This document shows, in pieces, positions 1 to 12,300 of a stretch of 64,000 bases of DNA. Where the stretch lies: assembly GCA_024137785.1 (NCBI GenBank), contig JAHRHZ010000082.1, positions 9,763,533 through 9,827,532 on the forward strand, read 5' to 3'. Position 1 is the first letter of the stretch. Each line of letters opens with the position of its first letter. Under the pieces are notes generated by a model. The model was not told where the DNA came from. It did not search any database and worked only from the letters and a program-made list of their open reading frames with translations. Origin of the DNA: Ginglymostoma cirratum. Its lineage: Eukaryota. The translations under genes were made by a program, and so were the position numbers.

Positions 1-66
1 ATATAGCATAACAGGCTTTAAGGGCCAAATGGCCCACTCCCACTCCTGTTTTCTGTGATTCTATGT
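1..66 (+). mobile_element. CR1 LINE 3' tail (truncated by window edge)
   Basis: ggctttaagggccaaatggcccactcccactcct followed by a short-repeat tail (ttctgtgattctatg); same motif ends other CR1 copies in the window. Confidence 0.7.
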
Positions 67-127
67 TATATATTACGATCATAGTAACATGATAACACCC
101 AGTGATCTATTAGACTGTCCAATGTAT

Positions 128-156
128 ACATTACATAATAAGTGAAAATGACAGAG
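128..156. repeat. 29-bp exact direct repeat, copy 1 (copy 2 at 582-610)
   Basis: acattacataataagtgaaaatgacagag occurs at 128-156 and 582-610. Confidence 0.95.
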
Positions 157-769
157 GGTGAAATTAAGGCTATTTTTGAATTAAATGGATAATGTCAACA
201 GATTAAAAGGTCAGGCTCACTTATTTCAGGCTCTTGCAAAGTTGTAAAATAAACACTATATTCAGCAATTCTCTATACAGTTATTTATCCTACTCCCTTG
301 AACAAGGTTTCCCAAACTGGGTAGCAGAGATCGTTTCCAGATTTTTCCATTGTTTATCATGCGAATTTTGGTTGATCTTTATTTCAATGACATTGCAAAG
401 TGTAGAGTAAAATAAGAAAACCATATCAACACAGACCATTTACACAGTTGTAAAACCCTGACAGCTCCCAGAAGGGGAGTGTCATCTAATTCCTGTAGCA
501 CTTTATCTCAACCTAAAGAGACAGGAAAGAGGAGAGAACAAGGGCATTTCAGAGTAAGGTAGGGAGAGCACATGAAAATAAACATTACATAATAAGTGAA
601 AATGACAGAGCTGAACCAATTGGAAATTTGAGCCGCACCATAGGTGAAGATCTTTGACTTAATACCACTTTTATCTTGCACCTCACAAACTGCCTCCAAC
701 ACTGCACTGCTGTCGGCAAAAGCTGGCAACTATTTCTATTTTAGCAACATGAGATGCGCCACAAGAATA

Positions 770-1435
770 TGAATGCTGAATCTTCTGGGTTCACAGGAAG
801 CTGGAAAGGAGGCAGAAGGTATGGACAATTATTCAGATTGTCATCAGGATTGATACCAAAACTCCCTCCTGCTTCCATCCATCTAAGTTCCCAGCCAGGA
901 GGGACACCAAATGGCACTCCTTCATTTAAGACCATCAAGCAGTCAATTAATGCCCATTTAAGGGCTTATTCCCAACTGGGCTAAAATTGGCTCAGCTCCA
1001 GGTGGGACAAATAAGAGGCGGAAAACCTAATGGAGGTGTAGGCTGCCTGATAGGGATCCCTTGATCCTCCCTAATTTGTGAATAATTGAGGTTAGAGACA
1101 TGGGGCAGGTCAGTGGCTACTGTAAGCCCCCATATTGCCCTCAAGCTCACTGTGTGAGACATTGACCCTGCTTGTAACCCTTTCCTGGGAGACTGGGAGG
1201 TTGCTATACCAACTGCAACCACTGGTTTCCTCTAAAGCACTACTGGCCTCTTATTGGATGCCCAGAAGGAGAAAACAGTCAGACCTGGAAATGAACATAC
1301 TGGTCATACTGGCAATCCATCGTGAAATACACGAGATAAATTGAACCAGTAGACTTACTGATTTTTTTTCCTTCCGGACGCAGTAGTTTCAGGTTACAAA
1401 GGCATCCCACCCAATGTCCTCAGTCAAGATGAAAG
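770..1435. mobile_element. Degenerate non-autonomous DNA transposon, possibly Harbinger-like
   Basis: Block GC-richer than its flanks, with aattaatgcccatttaagggctta-type internal motif; TIRs not cleanly visible. Confidence 0.3.
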
Positions 1436-1529
1436 CTCTGATATCTATTTAAGTACAAAATCCATCAGGCCTTCTTTCTTAGAGTGAGGTGTGGGTGTCT
1501 CTGGGTCTTTTGCAGGCAGTAATTTTCTT

Positions 1530-1869
1530 CTTATTCATTCATGTGATGAGGGCATCACTGACCAGGCAGCATTTATTGCCCATCTCTAATTGCCCAGAGG
1601 GCAGTTGAGAGTCAACCACATTGCTGTCGATCTGGAGTCACATGTAGGCCAGACCAGGTAAGAATGACAGATTTCTTTCCCTAAAAGACATTAGTGAACC
1701 AGATGGGTATTTCCTGACAATGGGTTCATGGTCATCATTAGATTCCTAATTCCGGGTATTTTACTGAATTCAAATTCCACCACCTGCTGTGGTGGGATTC
1801 AAACCCAGGTCCCCAGAACTTTATCCGGATTAACAGTCCAGCAATAATACCACTAGGCCAGTGCCTTCC
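1530..1869 (-). mobile_element. tRNA-derived SINE, full length
   Basis: Minus strand has an A-box (TGGCCTAGTGG), a B-box (GGTTTGAATCCC) and a 3' tail gggcaattagagatgggcaataaatgctg...atgaatgaataag; related copies at 8730-9085 and 59560-59680. Confidence 0.85.
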
Positions 1870-2013
1870 TTATGAGGTGTAACTCAGAAGATTCTATCCA
1901 GAGACTCTAAGATAAATATGAATCCACATTTACATGCTTTAAAGAAAGAAATAATTTCACTTTTACACTGCCTTGCATGTCCTTAGGCCATCCCAAAGTG
2001 CTTCATCACAATG

Positions 2014-2107
2014 AGATAGCAAGGTGTAGAGCTGGATGAACACAGCAGGCCAAGCAGCATCAGAGGAGCAGGAAAGCTGACGTTTCAGGTCGAGACCCTT
2101 CTTCAGA
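2014..2107 (-). mobile_element. Penelope-like element terminal (pseudo-LTR) fragment, family A
   Basis: Near-identical to the terminus attached to the GIY-YIG-encoding fragment at 34311-34975. Confidence 0.85.
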
Positions 2108-2108
2108 G
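2077..2108 (-). ncRNA. Minimal type I hammerhead ribozyme motif (core intact, helix I only about 2 bp)
   Basis: Minus strand reads cu-CUGAAGA-A-GGGUC-uc-GACCU-GAAA-C-GUC-ag. Confidence 0.65.
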
Positions 2109-2454
2109 TTACTTCTTAAGTAACATTACTGTGGTTTCATAGGCACAGAGCTAGATCCCACCAACAATAGTGTGGAAAAGGAGGTGTTAAAACATTATCT
2201 GTGGTATTGATATCAGCTAAGAGAACATCCCTGTTTGTTCTTCCACAATTCTTCCACAACATTTTTAAATAACCATCTGAACAGGCAGAGGGAGCCGCAA
2301 TTTACTTGGTTTGACCTTGTTGAAGGTTTTGTGTTTATATACCAATATTAAGCCTAAAAGAAAGTGGTGTTGCCACACTCAGCACTTAATTTGAAACATT
2401 AATCACCATCCAGTAAAAATATCTATCATGTAACATCTCGAAAGTGTAAATAAA

Positions 2455-2702
2455 CACCTATTTTGTTCCTCTCAGAGGGTTATGAGGTTTTGAAATTCCC
2501 ATCATCAAAAGACAGCTGATGCAGAATCTTTAAATATTTTCAAGGCACATGTCAATAGATTGTTGATTCTGAAGGGACGAAAGATTATCAGGGGACGCAA
2601 GAATGTCGAGTTGAGGTTAAAAACAAATCAGCCATGCTCTTACTGGATGGTGGAGCAGGTTTGAAAGGCCAAGTGGTCTACTCTTGTTCATGTTTGTATG
2701 TT
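2455..2702 (+). mobile_element. CR1 LINE 3' end
   Basis: ctcagagggtt... ORF2 end, then tcagccatg...ggtggagcaggtttgaaaggccaagtggtctactc and a short-repeat tail. Confidence 0.75.
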
Positions 2703-2790
2703 AATTCTCAGTTGTAGCATCAAGTTGGTTGTGTTAGTTCATGTATGGCATTAGTTGCAGTCTTCCTCTGACAAAATATTTGTTTAAAGG

Positions 2791-3018
2791 TGTAGTGATT
2801 GAAACAAAAGGCAGGTAGATCTCATTGACTATGAGATCCTTAATTGGGTTTATTAACCTGGGCCAATCAGGGAGTAGCTGACAGATATAAACAGAAGATT
2901 CAGGGAGTCTCTTCATTTTAGGACCTGGGTCTGAGCAAGCTCGTCAGAGTATGGACTGTGCAAGTGTAAATAAAAGGTGAACTGATGACAGGACATCAGC
3001 TTCCTTGGAGTTATTTCA
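2791..3018 (+). mobile_element. Solo LTR (228 bp)
   Basis: TG...CA termini; CCAAT, TATA-like (gatataaa) and AATAAA in order; 5-bp TSD aaagg/aaacg; homologous copy at 58644-58869. Confidence 0.75.
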
Positions 3019-3394
3019 AAACGATTCACAGTTTTCTCTTCCCTGTTACTTTTCCGAGCTCTCTTCTCCTAATGGTGGTACCTCATGCTGGGATGCATTT
3101 CATATCATTCCAGTGTCTCACCTAGGAGACCGCTCTGTTTGTCTGTGGTAGTCATTAGGCATGAACCTGATTTAGACGCCATCTACAAGTCTGTAAAGTA
3201 TCACTAGATAGTAATCAGAAACAAGAGCTCTGGTTAGTATTTTCATTCTGCAATCCTAAGTTGCAAACACTAACTACATCACTCCCACTGCTTTACCTGG
3301 AGTCCCTGGTCATTTATTTCCCATTGACCAATCCCAATTAGAATGATTAAAATTTACATGTTTTATATTACAAAACAAACCAATTTCAATTACA

Positions 3395-3631
3395 GATAAC
3401 AAGGTGTACAGCTGGATGAGCACAGCAGGCTAAGCGGCCCCAGAGGAGCAGGAAAGCTGTTGTTTCAGTTCTTGACCCTTCTTCAGAGACCCTTCATTTT
3501 TCTCTGAAGAAGGGTCCAGACCCAAAACATCAGCTTTCCTGCTCCTCTGATGCTGCTTGGCCTGCTGTGTTCATCCAGCGCTACACCTTGTTATCTCAGA
3601 TTCTCCAGCATCGGCAGTTCCTAATAGCTCT
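3395..3631 (+). mobile_element. Penelope-like mini-insertion: two inverted termini (about 96 bp each) plus a 35-bp tail
   Basis: Arms 3394-3489 and 3501-3596 are inverted; flanked by exact 14-bp TSD caatttcaattaca (3381-3394, 3632-3645). Confidence 0.9.
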
Positions 3632-4920
3632 CAATTTCAATTACACATTCTCAATATTGTTAATTCCACGCCCTTAATTATAATAACCATGTAGAAAAAG
3701 TTTAAGAATAATCACATCAGAATTTAACTTTTGCTGTTGTGTGGTTTGACAAAGACTCGATAAAATTATCATTGTATTTTTGTACAAGCTATGTCTTACA
3801 TTCCGAATATATACAAATAGGGGAATTCTTTCTTCAGGAAACAATTTGTCTTGTTCAGATCATGTAATACTCTGGGCTTTGGCTGTTTCAATCTCTGGTT
3901 CACCGATAGACATAGGGAATGTTTGCAATGTTATCATTTATATCAACAACCTGATCTGAGTGCACTCACAATTAATCTGAGTTTTAAATCAGGAATGAGT
4001 AATCTAGAGTTATAACATTAGTTGTATTTCCAATCGACATTTTCTTCCAGCACTGACGCAAATCCACAGTCAGAACCGAACAAGAAGTACCTTGTAAATT
4101 GGTCTAATACATTTGACAATTTTGGAAGTTCCATTTAATTTTTTTAATCACAATGCAACACAAGGTTAATAAAACCTTTTGAGATTTACAGGAAATGTGA
4201 CTATTGGAAGCCAGGAAGTTATAGGCTTATCAGAGAGTGCACTCTGCTGGTCTCAAAAGAAGTATGTTTGTTCTCTGCTCTCCTGGTCTGCCTTTTTGTT
4301 TGAAATTGATGGAGTTTTGCAAATGAAATGTTTTATCAGTCTTACACTAAATTGGACACGAAGCATTATTTTAAAAAATTAAGTTGGAAAGTGCATTAGA
4401 TTTACACAATAGCTTTACTCCCAGCAAAGCATTTCACTTAAAGGTGAGCGATAAATCCTTAAAAATCTCATTAATTTCAGGCAGTACTTTTTCTAACCAC
4501 TGAACTCTTCCAGTGTTGCCATTTAGTTGATTGGATGTCTGAAACATTTAGAAAGAAAAATTCACTCAATGCTTCATCTTTCTCAAATGCAATGCTTAGA
4601 AAAAAATGAGCTTCTTTCTTTTTGAATCTTCTGTACGTAACTGTGTATTTGCCAGAGGGCCTGGCACTGAGGGAAAGGTAAATAAGTGACCGTTCCTGTG
4701 AGACTTTTACCTGATTTATTTTCCCCCAATGAAACCTTAGAAAGTGCAATGTTAATATATGTCGACAAACGACGGTGATAGAAATATAGTGTCGCTGATG
4801 TCAATATATTACCTCTTTACGTCTGTTTCTTTTGCCACCAAGTATAATGTTGAGTAAATCACCCAAGGAGACAAGCATGAATTGTCAAGTGGAGATCCAG
4901 CACTCAGAAGCTAAAAAAAA

Positions 4921-5245
4921 AGAATTTGAATTTAAGTAGCACCTTCCATCACCAATGAACATTCTCAAGACCTGTAAAACCAATAACATACTTTTCAATC
5001 AGGGAATTAGAAAGGCAACTTATGCAGAGCAAACAACAGTGTTACAAATAATTTGTCTTGTGACATTGATTGAGGAATGAACGTTGGTGTGGAGACCTGG
5101 AAGAATTGCTACTCTACGTCGAAATAATGCCATGGGATCTTGTTGATGAAAGGGCCATGGTCTAATGTAACACCTTTAACAACACAGCACTCTCTCAGAA
5201 CTCAAGTAGAATGGAAGCCTGGATTTTTGTGTTCAAGTCCTGGAA
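4921..5245 (-). mobile_element. Degenerate Deu-domain SINE (SacSINE1/AmnSINE1-like)
   Basis: aataatgccatgggatctt and cagcactctctcag...tttgtgttcaagtcctgga motifs; reverse complement of the plus-strand copies. Confidence 0.6.
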
Positions 5246-5805
5246 TGAAATGAGTGAAATATTTGATTTTTTTTTACAGGTGAATAAAACAAAAATCCAG
5301 GAACTAGTTCTAAATCTGAACATCATTAGCACACTACCCAGTACTGTTTCAGAACTATGCCAAGGTTTCAAAGTGTACCCTCAACTCGAAGCCAACATGT
5401 AATTGACTTTTTTTTTTGTCAGTTTGATACAAAAGCCTAGATTTTCAAATACTTGGTTGGATAGGAATTAAGTATTGCGATTCTGATGGCTTTCGGAGAG
5501 TTTATTTAGTCAATGAGGCAGCAGGGGTCGGGGGATGGGTGTGAGAGAGCTCGAAATATATTTGTCGCCAATTAATAGCTCCTCAAGGAGCTGTTTAAGA
5601 GCCAGTCCATTTCCAGTGAGCCTGAGTAGTCTTGTTCCCATTAGTACACAGCTGTCAGTTCACTGCGAGACTCAAATAAATTTCTTTGGGGTTATTATTG
5701 CATCTAATCCATGGAGCTAAGGAAAGTTGGCATGATCAATGCACCTAACATACTCTTCAATGGCTGTTCTTTGCCCTGGCCCACTTCCAATGCCTATCGA
5801 AAAGT

Positions 5806-6580
5806 TATAGAGTCATATAGTCATACAGCACAGAAACAGACCCTTCAGTCCAACACGTCCATGCCAACCAGGTTTCCTAAATTGAACTAGTCCCATTTGC
5901 CCGAGTTTGGCACATGTCAGTCCAAACATTTCCTATCCAACTACCTGTCCAAATGTCTTTTAGATGTTGTAATTGTGCTCACTTCTACCACTTCCTCTGG
6001 CAGCTCATTTCATACACAGCAGCCTCTGTGTGAAAAAGTTGCCCCTCAAGTCCCTTTTAAATGTTTTTCTCTCTCTTCTTAAACCCATGCATTCTAGTTT
6101 GGGACTCCCCTACCATGAGGAAAATACCTTGGCTATTCATCCTATCCATGCCCTTCAAGATTTTATAAACCTCTATAAGGTCACTCAGCTTCCCCCACCC
6201 CAGGGGAAAAAAAGTCTCAGCCTATCTAGCCTCTCCTCATAACTCAAACCCTCTAGTCTTAATATCATCCTTGAAATTTTTTTTTGCACCCTTTCCAGTT
6301 TAATAACATCCTTCCTAAAGCTAGGTGACCAGAATTGTATACAGTACTCCAAGGGTGGCCTCACTAATATCTTGCACAGCCGCAGTATGATGTACCAATT
6401 CCTATATCCAATGCTCTGACCAATGAAGGTAAGTGTGCCAAATGCCTTCTTCACCACCCTGTCTACCTGTGATGCCACTTTCAAGAAACTGTGCACCTGC
6501 ATGCCCAGGTCGCTTTGTTCAGTAACACTCCCCAAGGCCCTACCATGAACTTTGTAAACCCTGCCCTCATTTGCCTCATT
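5806..6580 (-). mobile_element. CR1 (HER1-like) LINE, 5'-truncated: ORF2 C-terminus plus 3' UTR
   Basis: ORF 6185-6598(-) gives DLGMQVH...VKKAFGTL...LVRPPLEYCIQFWSP..KDVIKLERVQK...LSYEERL; short-repeat tail at 5806-5826. Confidence 0.95.
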
Positions 6581-7169
6581 GAGAGGAGAGGAAAACATTA
6601 GTGAACAAAGTTACAATGTCTTGGGCACTTGAGCAATGTAATCAACTATGCCACATAATTCAACAATGGCTAGGTCTGAATTAATCAGTAAGTTAGCCTT
6701 GAAAGTGTTATTAAATTTTTAAGTGTCTTAAATGTTAGCAGTAAACATCTCCGAAATGTTATTCAACTCATGTTTGTAATTACGAATGCATTTACTTCTA
6801 ATAAAATAGTTCTCTTGAAAGCTTTGCTTTTGAAAATGCCCAGAATAAGATGTTAGCATATAGGTCTTAGCTTGAGTGACACATCCTCCTGATAAAAGCA
6901 GTCTGGCTTTTATCATCTCTATTGACAAGACAAAAGCAGACCTTAACATGGCCATTGGTGCCAAGACGGTGGTTCCTGCCTCCTAGAGGCATCAGCACAT
7001 ATAACCAGGTGCTGAGTTTGGCCCCTGGCTGAGTCGGCTATTTGTAGTGGGTGTAGGTTGGGGACCTGGAATTGATCTGAGCACCAGGATTTTGACGGTA
7101 CATTGAAAATCTGATCCAAAGCACTTCCGTCATTGGAACAATGTGTTTAGAAAAAGAGGCACGTTGGTG

Positions 7170-7495
7170 GAAGCTGCTGTGTCAATCTATGATGCAGCGT
7201 CATTCAGAGAGTATGTTAAGCTGAGGAGCCATCTTCTCTCCCAGCCAGATATAAAAGATTCCATTACACTGTTGTGAAGAAAATCAAGGATACATTTTTA
7301 AGTGGGATCCTGGCCAACGTAGTAAAAAAAAACTGATCATTATCACATTGATGTTATGGAGACCATGCTGTGCAAAAATTGGCTACCATGTTTCCTACAT
7401 TACAACAGTGAATGCACTTCATAAGCACTTCTCTAGCTGTAAAGTGCTTTGGAACTGTTTGATGTTATGAAAGATGCTAGATTTAATTTTTTTTC
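7170..7495 (+). mobile_element. Degenerate Deu-domain SINE
   Basis: gatcattatcacattg...aaattggctaccatgtttcctacattacaacagtgaatgcacttca...aaagtgctttgg core and tail. Confidence 0.7.
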
Positions 7496-8729
7496 TACAA
7501 TTGGTGTGTACCACAATTATTAGATTAGTGAACCCAGCATTATGCAGCTTTACTGCTGCTCTGCAGTACTTTAAGCTCCATAAATAAAATGGTCCTCTTC
7601 TGTTCCTATGTTCTCATATCATCCGAGATTGTGCTTCAAGGAAATGATGGTGAAGGAGTGAGAACGTTATAATTGAATCACGTTTTATAATGTTAGGAGA
7701 TTTGTTTTCCAGAAAGCCTATTGCCTCAGCACTGTCCACTTTTGTTTTAAAACACAGAAATTTTTCTTTCTTCTGAAAATTCAAATTGATCTCAAGATGA
7801 ACTTGAATTTGTAATAAGCAAGTGCTTCCAAAACAGCGCTGATCAGGTTAACAGGCAGGCACCCATATCTTATAAAAGATTTGAATTCCATTCATAAGCT
7901 GCATAGATTTCGTCAGTTTCTCATTCTTTGCCACTGTTTGAATGAACATAGAGATTGGAATCGTTAGTATTTAAAATGAAGTCGCCCACAATCCCAGAGG
8001 ACAGAAAGAGTTTTTTTCTCCCACTTTTCCCCAAATTAAACAGAACCTTGTCACTTACCTTTCACTTGCCTAGCTTGGGGTTTCGTTATCCTCACAAATA
8101 CGTAACAGATGTTAGGCATCTGCATTAAGGAAGCAGCATATTGGAAACACATACAAAGGCTGAAAGGCTCAAAGCGGAGGGGCATAGATTGGTTAAAACT
8201 GAGAGAAATGTATCACAAACTAACATGTTTTTTGAGTATTGACCGTAAAGTTTAGATGAATTAAATGGACAGCACCACTTTTAATTCGTAATTTTATTTG
8301 CAGTCTATAAAAGTAATTTTGCTATTTGTTCCATATTTTCGATCAATATTTGATTTATTTGTAAGAGTTTTGATTCAGTTTTGCTGCCAATTGACACATT
8401 GAGTTTTATTCTTCCTTCAAATATCAAACCAGGACAGGAAAATAAATGTGATAAACTTGTTTGGAATGCTTTCTGATTTGAAACAGGAATCCTTGATGCA
8501 TGAATCAGTCTGCATTGAATCCTGGTTCAACTTCATTTAAATCTTTGTCATGAAGTCATCCAAAATGAAAATAAAATTCAAGGTATAGAGTTTAAAACAT
8601 GTACTGAATCTATTGTAGCTAGCAAATAAAATTCTTATCCAAGGCATTCTGGCCAAACCAAATGAGATGCTATGGGGCCATGTGAGGTCCCATTCACATA
8701 AATTGACATTTAAGTAGATTTATTTTTAA

Positions 8730-9085
8730 ATTAATTCATGGGTTGTAGGTGCCACTGGCTGCTGAGCAAGCATTTATTGTCTTTCTCTAGATTAGACTGG
8801 CCTGCTAGGGCCGCTTCAGTGAGCAGCCAAGAGTCAAACACATTGCTGTGGGCCTGGAGTCACATGCAGGCCTGACTAGGTCAGGACAGCAGATTTCCTT
8901 CCCTAAAGGATGGATCAGATGTGTGTTTTTTTATGGCAATGCTTACTATTAAGATAGCTTTTTAAATTTTAAATTTTTTTCTATTGAATTCATTTTTTAC
9001 CATCTGCCATGATGGGTTTTAACTCCAGGACTCTAGAGCATTAGGCCAGGGGTTCTGAATTACTTGTCCAGTGACATTAATACTC
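8730..9085 (-). mobile_element. tRNA-derived SINE (same family as 1530-1869)
   Basis: gagtcaaacacattgctgtgggcctggagtcacatg...cagatttccttccctaaagga shared with 1530-1869. Confidence 0.8.
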
Positions 9086-10399
9086 TCCCTAATATAACAC
9101 TGATATCACAGGAGAATGCTGAATACTGATGTGATCTTGCCCAAACACATAAAATGCTTAATTAATAGAGAATGGTGAATGAGTGAGCTATGCAGCTTCT
9201 TAACATGAGTTACTATTTACTGTTTCTCCATGAAATGCTAGTTTTGATTTTGGACATGACATTAGCAAGTTCGCTGAGAAGATTAAGCTTCATATTTGGA
9301 GTTCTTAGAGTTGATGTATACTCATGGAGACTTTGTATAACTTGCTGGCCAGCAGTTAGTGAATGTGTATAACTAAATTGATGTCCTACCCAGCAGATTA
9401 TTAAAATTTAACTTTTGTACACTGTCATGAAACTCTCTTCCAATCTTTGGAAGCTACATTGATGCTACAGCAGATCCTTCAAGACATATAGCACTCAAGA
9501 TAAGTTTAACACTTTCAACTCCCATTCTAATTGCTGAATTGCTACTTATCATTTGCTTCATAATAATTAGAACAACATAACATCTAGTTTTATGTACACA
9601 AGTGTTTACTGGCTGTTTTTGAGTAAGCCCAGATTGCTGGCTGCTCCTCACTCCTAAACTGAAGGCTAGTATCCTTTTGTTTTACATTACATGTTAGTTC
9701 ACAATCACAACCTGATTCAGTTCCCTGAAGTGAATAATGAAGGAAACGTTTGCTCTTTTTAATTAGCAAATCAAATCTGTTTAAATCTACCAGCAGTGAT
9801 GTAAAGTGAATTTGATCCCATATCCTGTTGAGGTGGCATCTTGTCCCTTTGGCAGGATGCGCATCAGACTTAACAAATTACTGCCTGCCTCACGCACCAT
9901 GTATTAGAAGCAGATAGAAAACCGGAACAGCAGGAAGGAGGTCTGAATCAGGCTAAACGGCTGGGCTTGATTACACTTTCTGTAGCATTCCTTTTAAATA
10001 TCTGATAACATGCCCAGCGGTAAGGCTAGGTTGAGTGTAGCATTTACACCATGTACTGTCAGATAGAGAAGTTAGAAGTTTAGGAGTAACTGTATGAATA
10101 ACTGCCATACATGGGAAGAGCATGGCCTTTACTGTTCTACAGTACCCTACATTTGCTTGTTTCAAGAAACATTCAATGCTGAAAGTGTTAAAAGAGAACT
10201 GTTCTGTTTGCTATCTTTCAGAGCAATATGCTGATGTGCTTTACACACACTGACTCCTTTCCAAAACATACATTTTTAAAATTCAGTATTTAAATATTCT
10301 GACATTTCAGATGATAGATGCAATGTTGAAAGTCAAATGGTGTATTTTTTGAAACAATAAATAATTAAAGCCCTTGTGCCGTCCTGTCAGTCATCTGGA

Positions 10400-12300
10400 G
10401 TGTTTGCATGATGTGCAAAGCAGACTTTTGCCAGTAGCAAGTGAATCCTTTGGAGGTCACAAGAAGCTCTTGGTACCTCAGTACAGGGTTTGAGATATGT
10501 ATTAAGCTGAGCCTGATGACATAAATGGTCAGCAAAGTTGTCATTCTGTAAGATTTCCTGTTTGAAGGGACAACACGCCATCTTCTTGAACCGACAATCA
10601 AAAATCTTATCCAAACATGGTTTGCCACATTGCCTGACAGCTGCGAGAGCCTTTTCTTACAAATAAACTGACAAGTATCACACAGACAAGCCTTCAATCC
10701 CAAACCATGTAAATCCTATCCAAGTAGACATCCAGTCATCACATAGACATGCTATTACCATATGGCTGCATGCTCTCCCTATGGAAAACTAGGAATCAGA
10801 CATAAATTCATGAAGGGTCCATAGTGACGGAGACATGCAATATATTCAACATCAAGCAATTACATAAATCTGTTGGACTATGTTAACTAGATATAGAGGA
10901 AAAAATAAAGCCACTGATTTCAAAACATGGAAATCTATCATTCACTCACTAAAACTGTTATCCATCCATTTATGTAACAGGAAGAAAGTGAAACGTTCAT
11001 TGAGAAAAAGCTTAAGCATTCTAAACATCCTTCTCCTTGATGCCTTTCACAGTTATCTCTAAACGAAGTTGTGATCAGTCTATCCAGTTTCAATTAAATC
11101 TAAACCACAGGAGAGAACACAGTTTGTTTCCATGCCAACCAGCCATCACGTATTCTTAAAGACTTCAAAGTGTTCAGTTTGATTCAAAAGCAAGTTATGT
11201 TTCCTAAATTAACAAGCTTGGATTTACCTCATGCATGGGTTGTAATTGGTGAAGACCAAGGCAGTTGACAAATTGTTCTTCCGACCCAACAGTATGTGAC
11301 CTGAAACATTTGATCATAATCATAGGCCTCCTGATTGTTATGAAGATTAATCTTTCATGAGAATCACCAACTAGCTAGTAAATAGAAGTGGAATTTTGGA
11401 AGACAGGAAGCTACTGACCAAAGATAATTAATGAGCCATGGTTCTGGAGGCAATCACAATCCAGAGAGGGAGATAACATGTACCTCACAGTTCCCTGGTG
11501 ATGTCCAGAGGAGGCAGTCTTCAAGGAAAGGCATAAACAACGAAGCTTACTAATTTTACTGTTCCTTCTTGAGGTGCCAAGCCAGTGTGTGACTGCTGTG
11601 TTAGGTGGTTAAAATCATATTGAGGTCCTTATTCTACTATAAAATCCTGAAAACTTAACAACAAAACTGCCAGTGAGCATATTGTAACAAGCATGGAGAT
11701 GAATTTATGCATGCCATTTCATTCATCTATTTGACCTATCCCCACTGAGGAATAAAATCAAAGGGTGTCCTCTCTGAGATTTCGCAATTTTGAATGAATT
11801 AATTCCTTACCCCTTGATTCATTCATAAGCCAGTTCTTTACCACCTATTAATTCTTCCTGACTCCAATAGACAGTAGCATTGTTATAGCCTCCTCTATTC
11901 AGACACCATCTCTCTTACTTTAAAATTTATTAATATGACTATTCATGTCTAACCTCTGCTTCTTGACCAAGGCCTGTCAATTCTTTTTTCTACAAATCCT
12001 TATTGAAATGCCAACATTATGATTTCTGGCCATTGTAATAAGCCTACCCAATTATTGACCATCAGAAACACTGGAGCGATTATTTCTGCCTCTACAATAT
12101 AGCTTGCAATTTTGCAACCAAGTTTGTCCCCATTCACGTGACTTGTTCTAACTGAAATAGACTGCACACAATCTTATTAGTCTGTTTGACCTGGATTGAC
12201 ATTTGAATTCTGGTATCTGATATTTATCAACATTTCTTAATTCCTCCTGTGTTAACCATAATACTTCTTAAAATGTTACCATATCTTTATCATTCCAGTT
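10400..12300 (-). mobile_element. Highly decayed Ty3/Gypsy LTR-retrotransposon pol remnant
   Basis: Hand translation of the minus strand with frameshifts: VEAEIIAPV...NWVG / LITMARNHNVGISIRIC (about 12100-11990; RT N-terminus GII.PV..W.SP.V.V.K..G..R.C); EYVMAGWHGNK (about 11160-11125) and ERHQG (about 11045), in the expected order before integrase. Confidence 0.55.

Larger units (their letters stand above)
1942..2300 (-). mobile_element. Degenerate Deu-domain-like SINE interrupted by a PLE terminus
   Basis: Reverse-complement similarity to the SINEs at 7170-7495 and 36650-37070 (catcccaaagtgcttca...; aacaggcagagggag). Confidence 0.5.

Noticed and set aside
1790-1869. tRNA gene (A and B boxes; also at about 27960-28023 and 35452-35515)
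   Set aside because: The boxes belong to SINE heads; no complete cloverleaf.
6185-6598. 137-aa ORF as a host gene
   Set aside because: It is the C-terminus of CR1 ORF2 in a truncated LINE.
10365-10703. Cys-rich ORFs as an endogenous viral or zinc-finger gene
   Set aside because: No consistent motif; they lie at the end of the putative decayed Gypsy pol.
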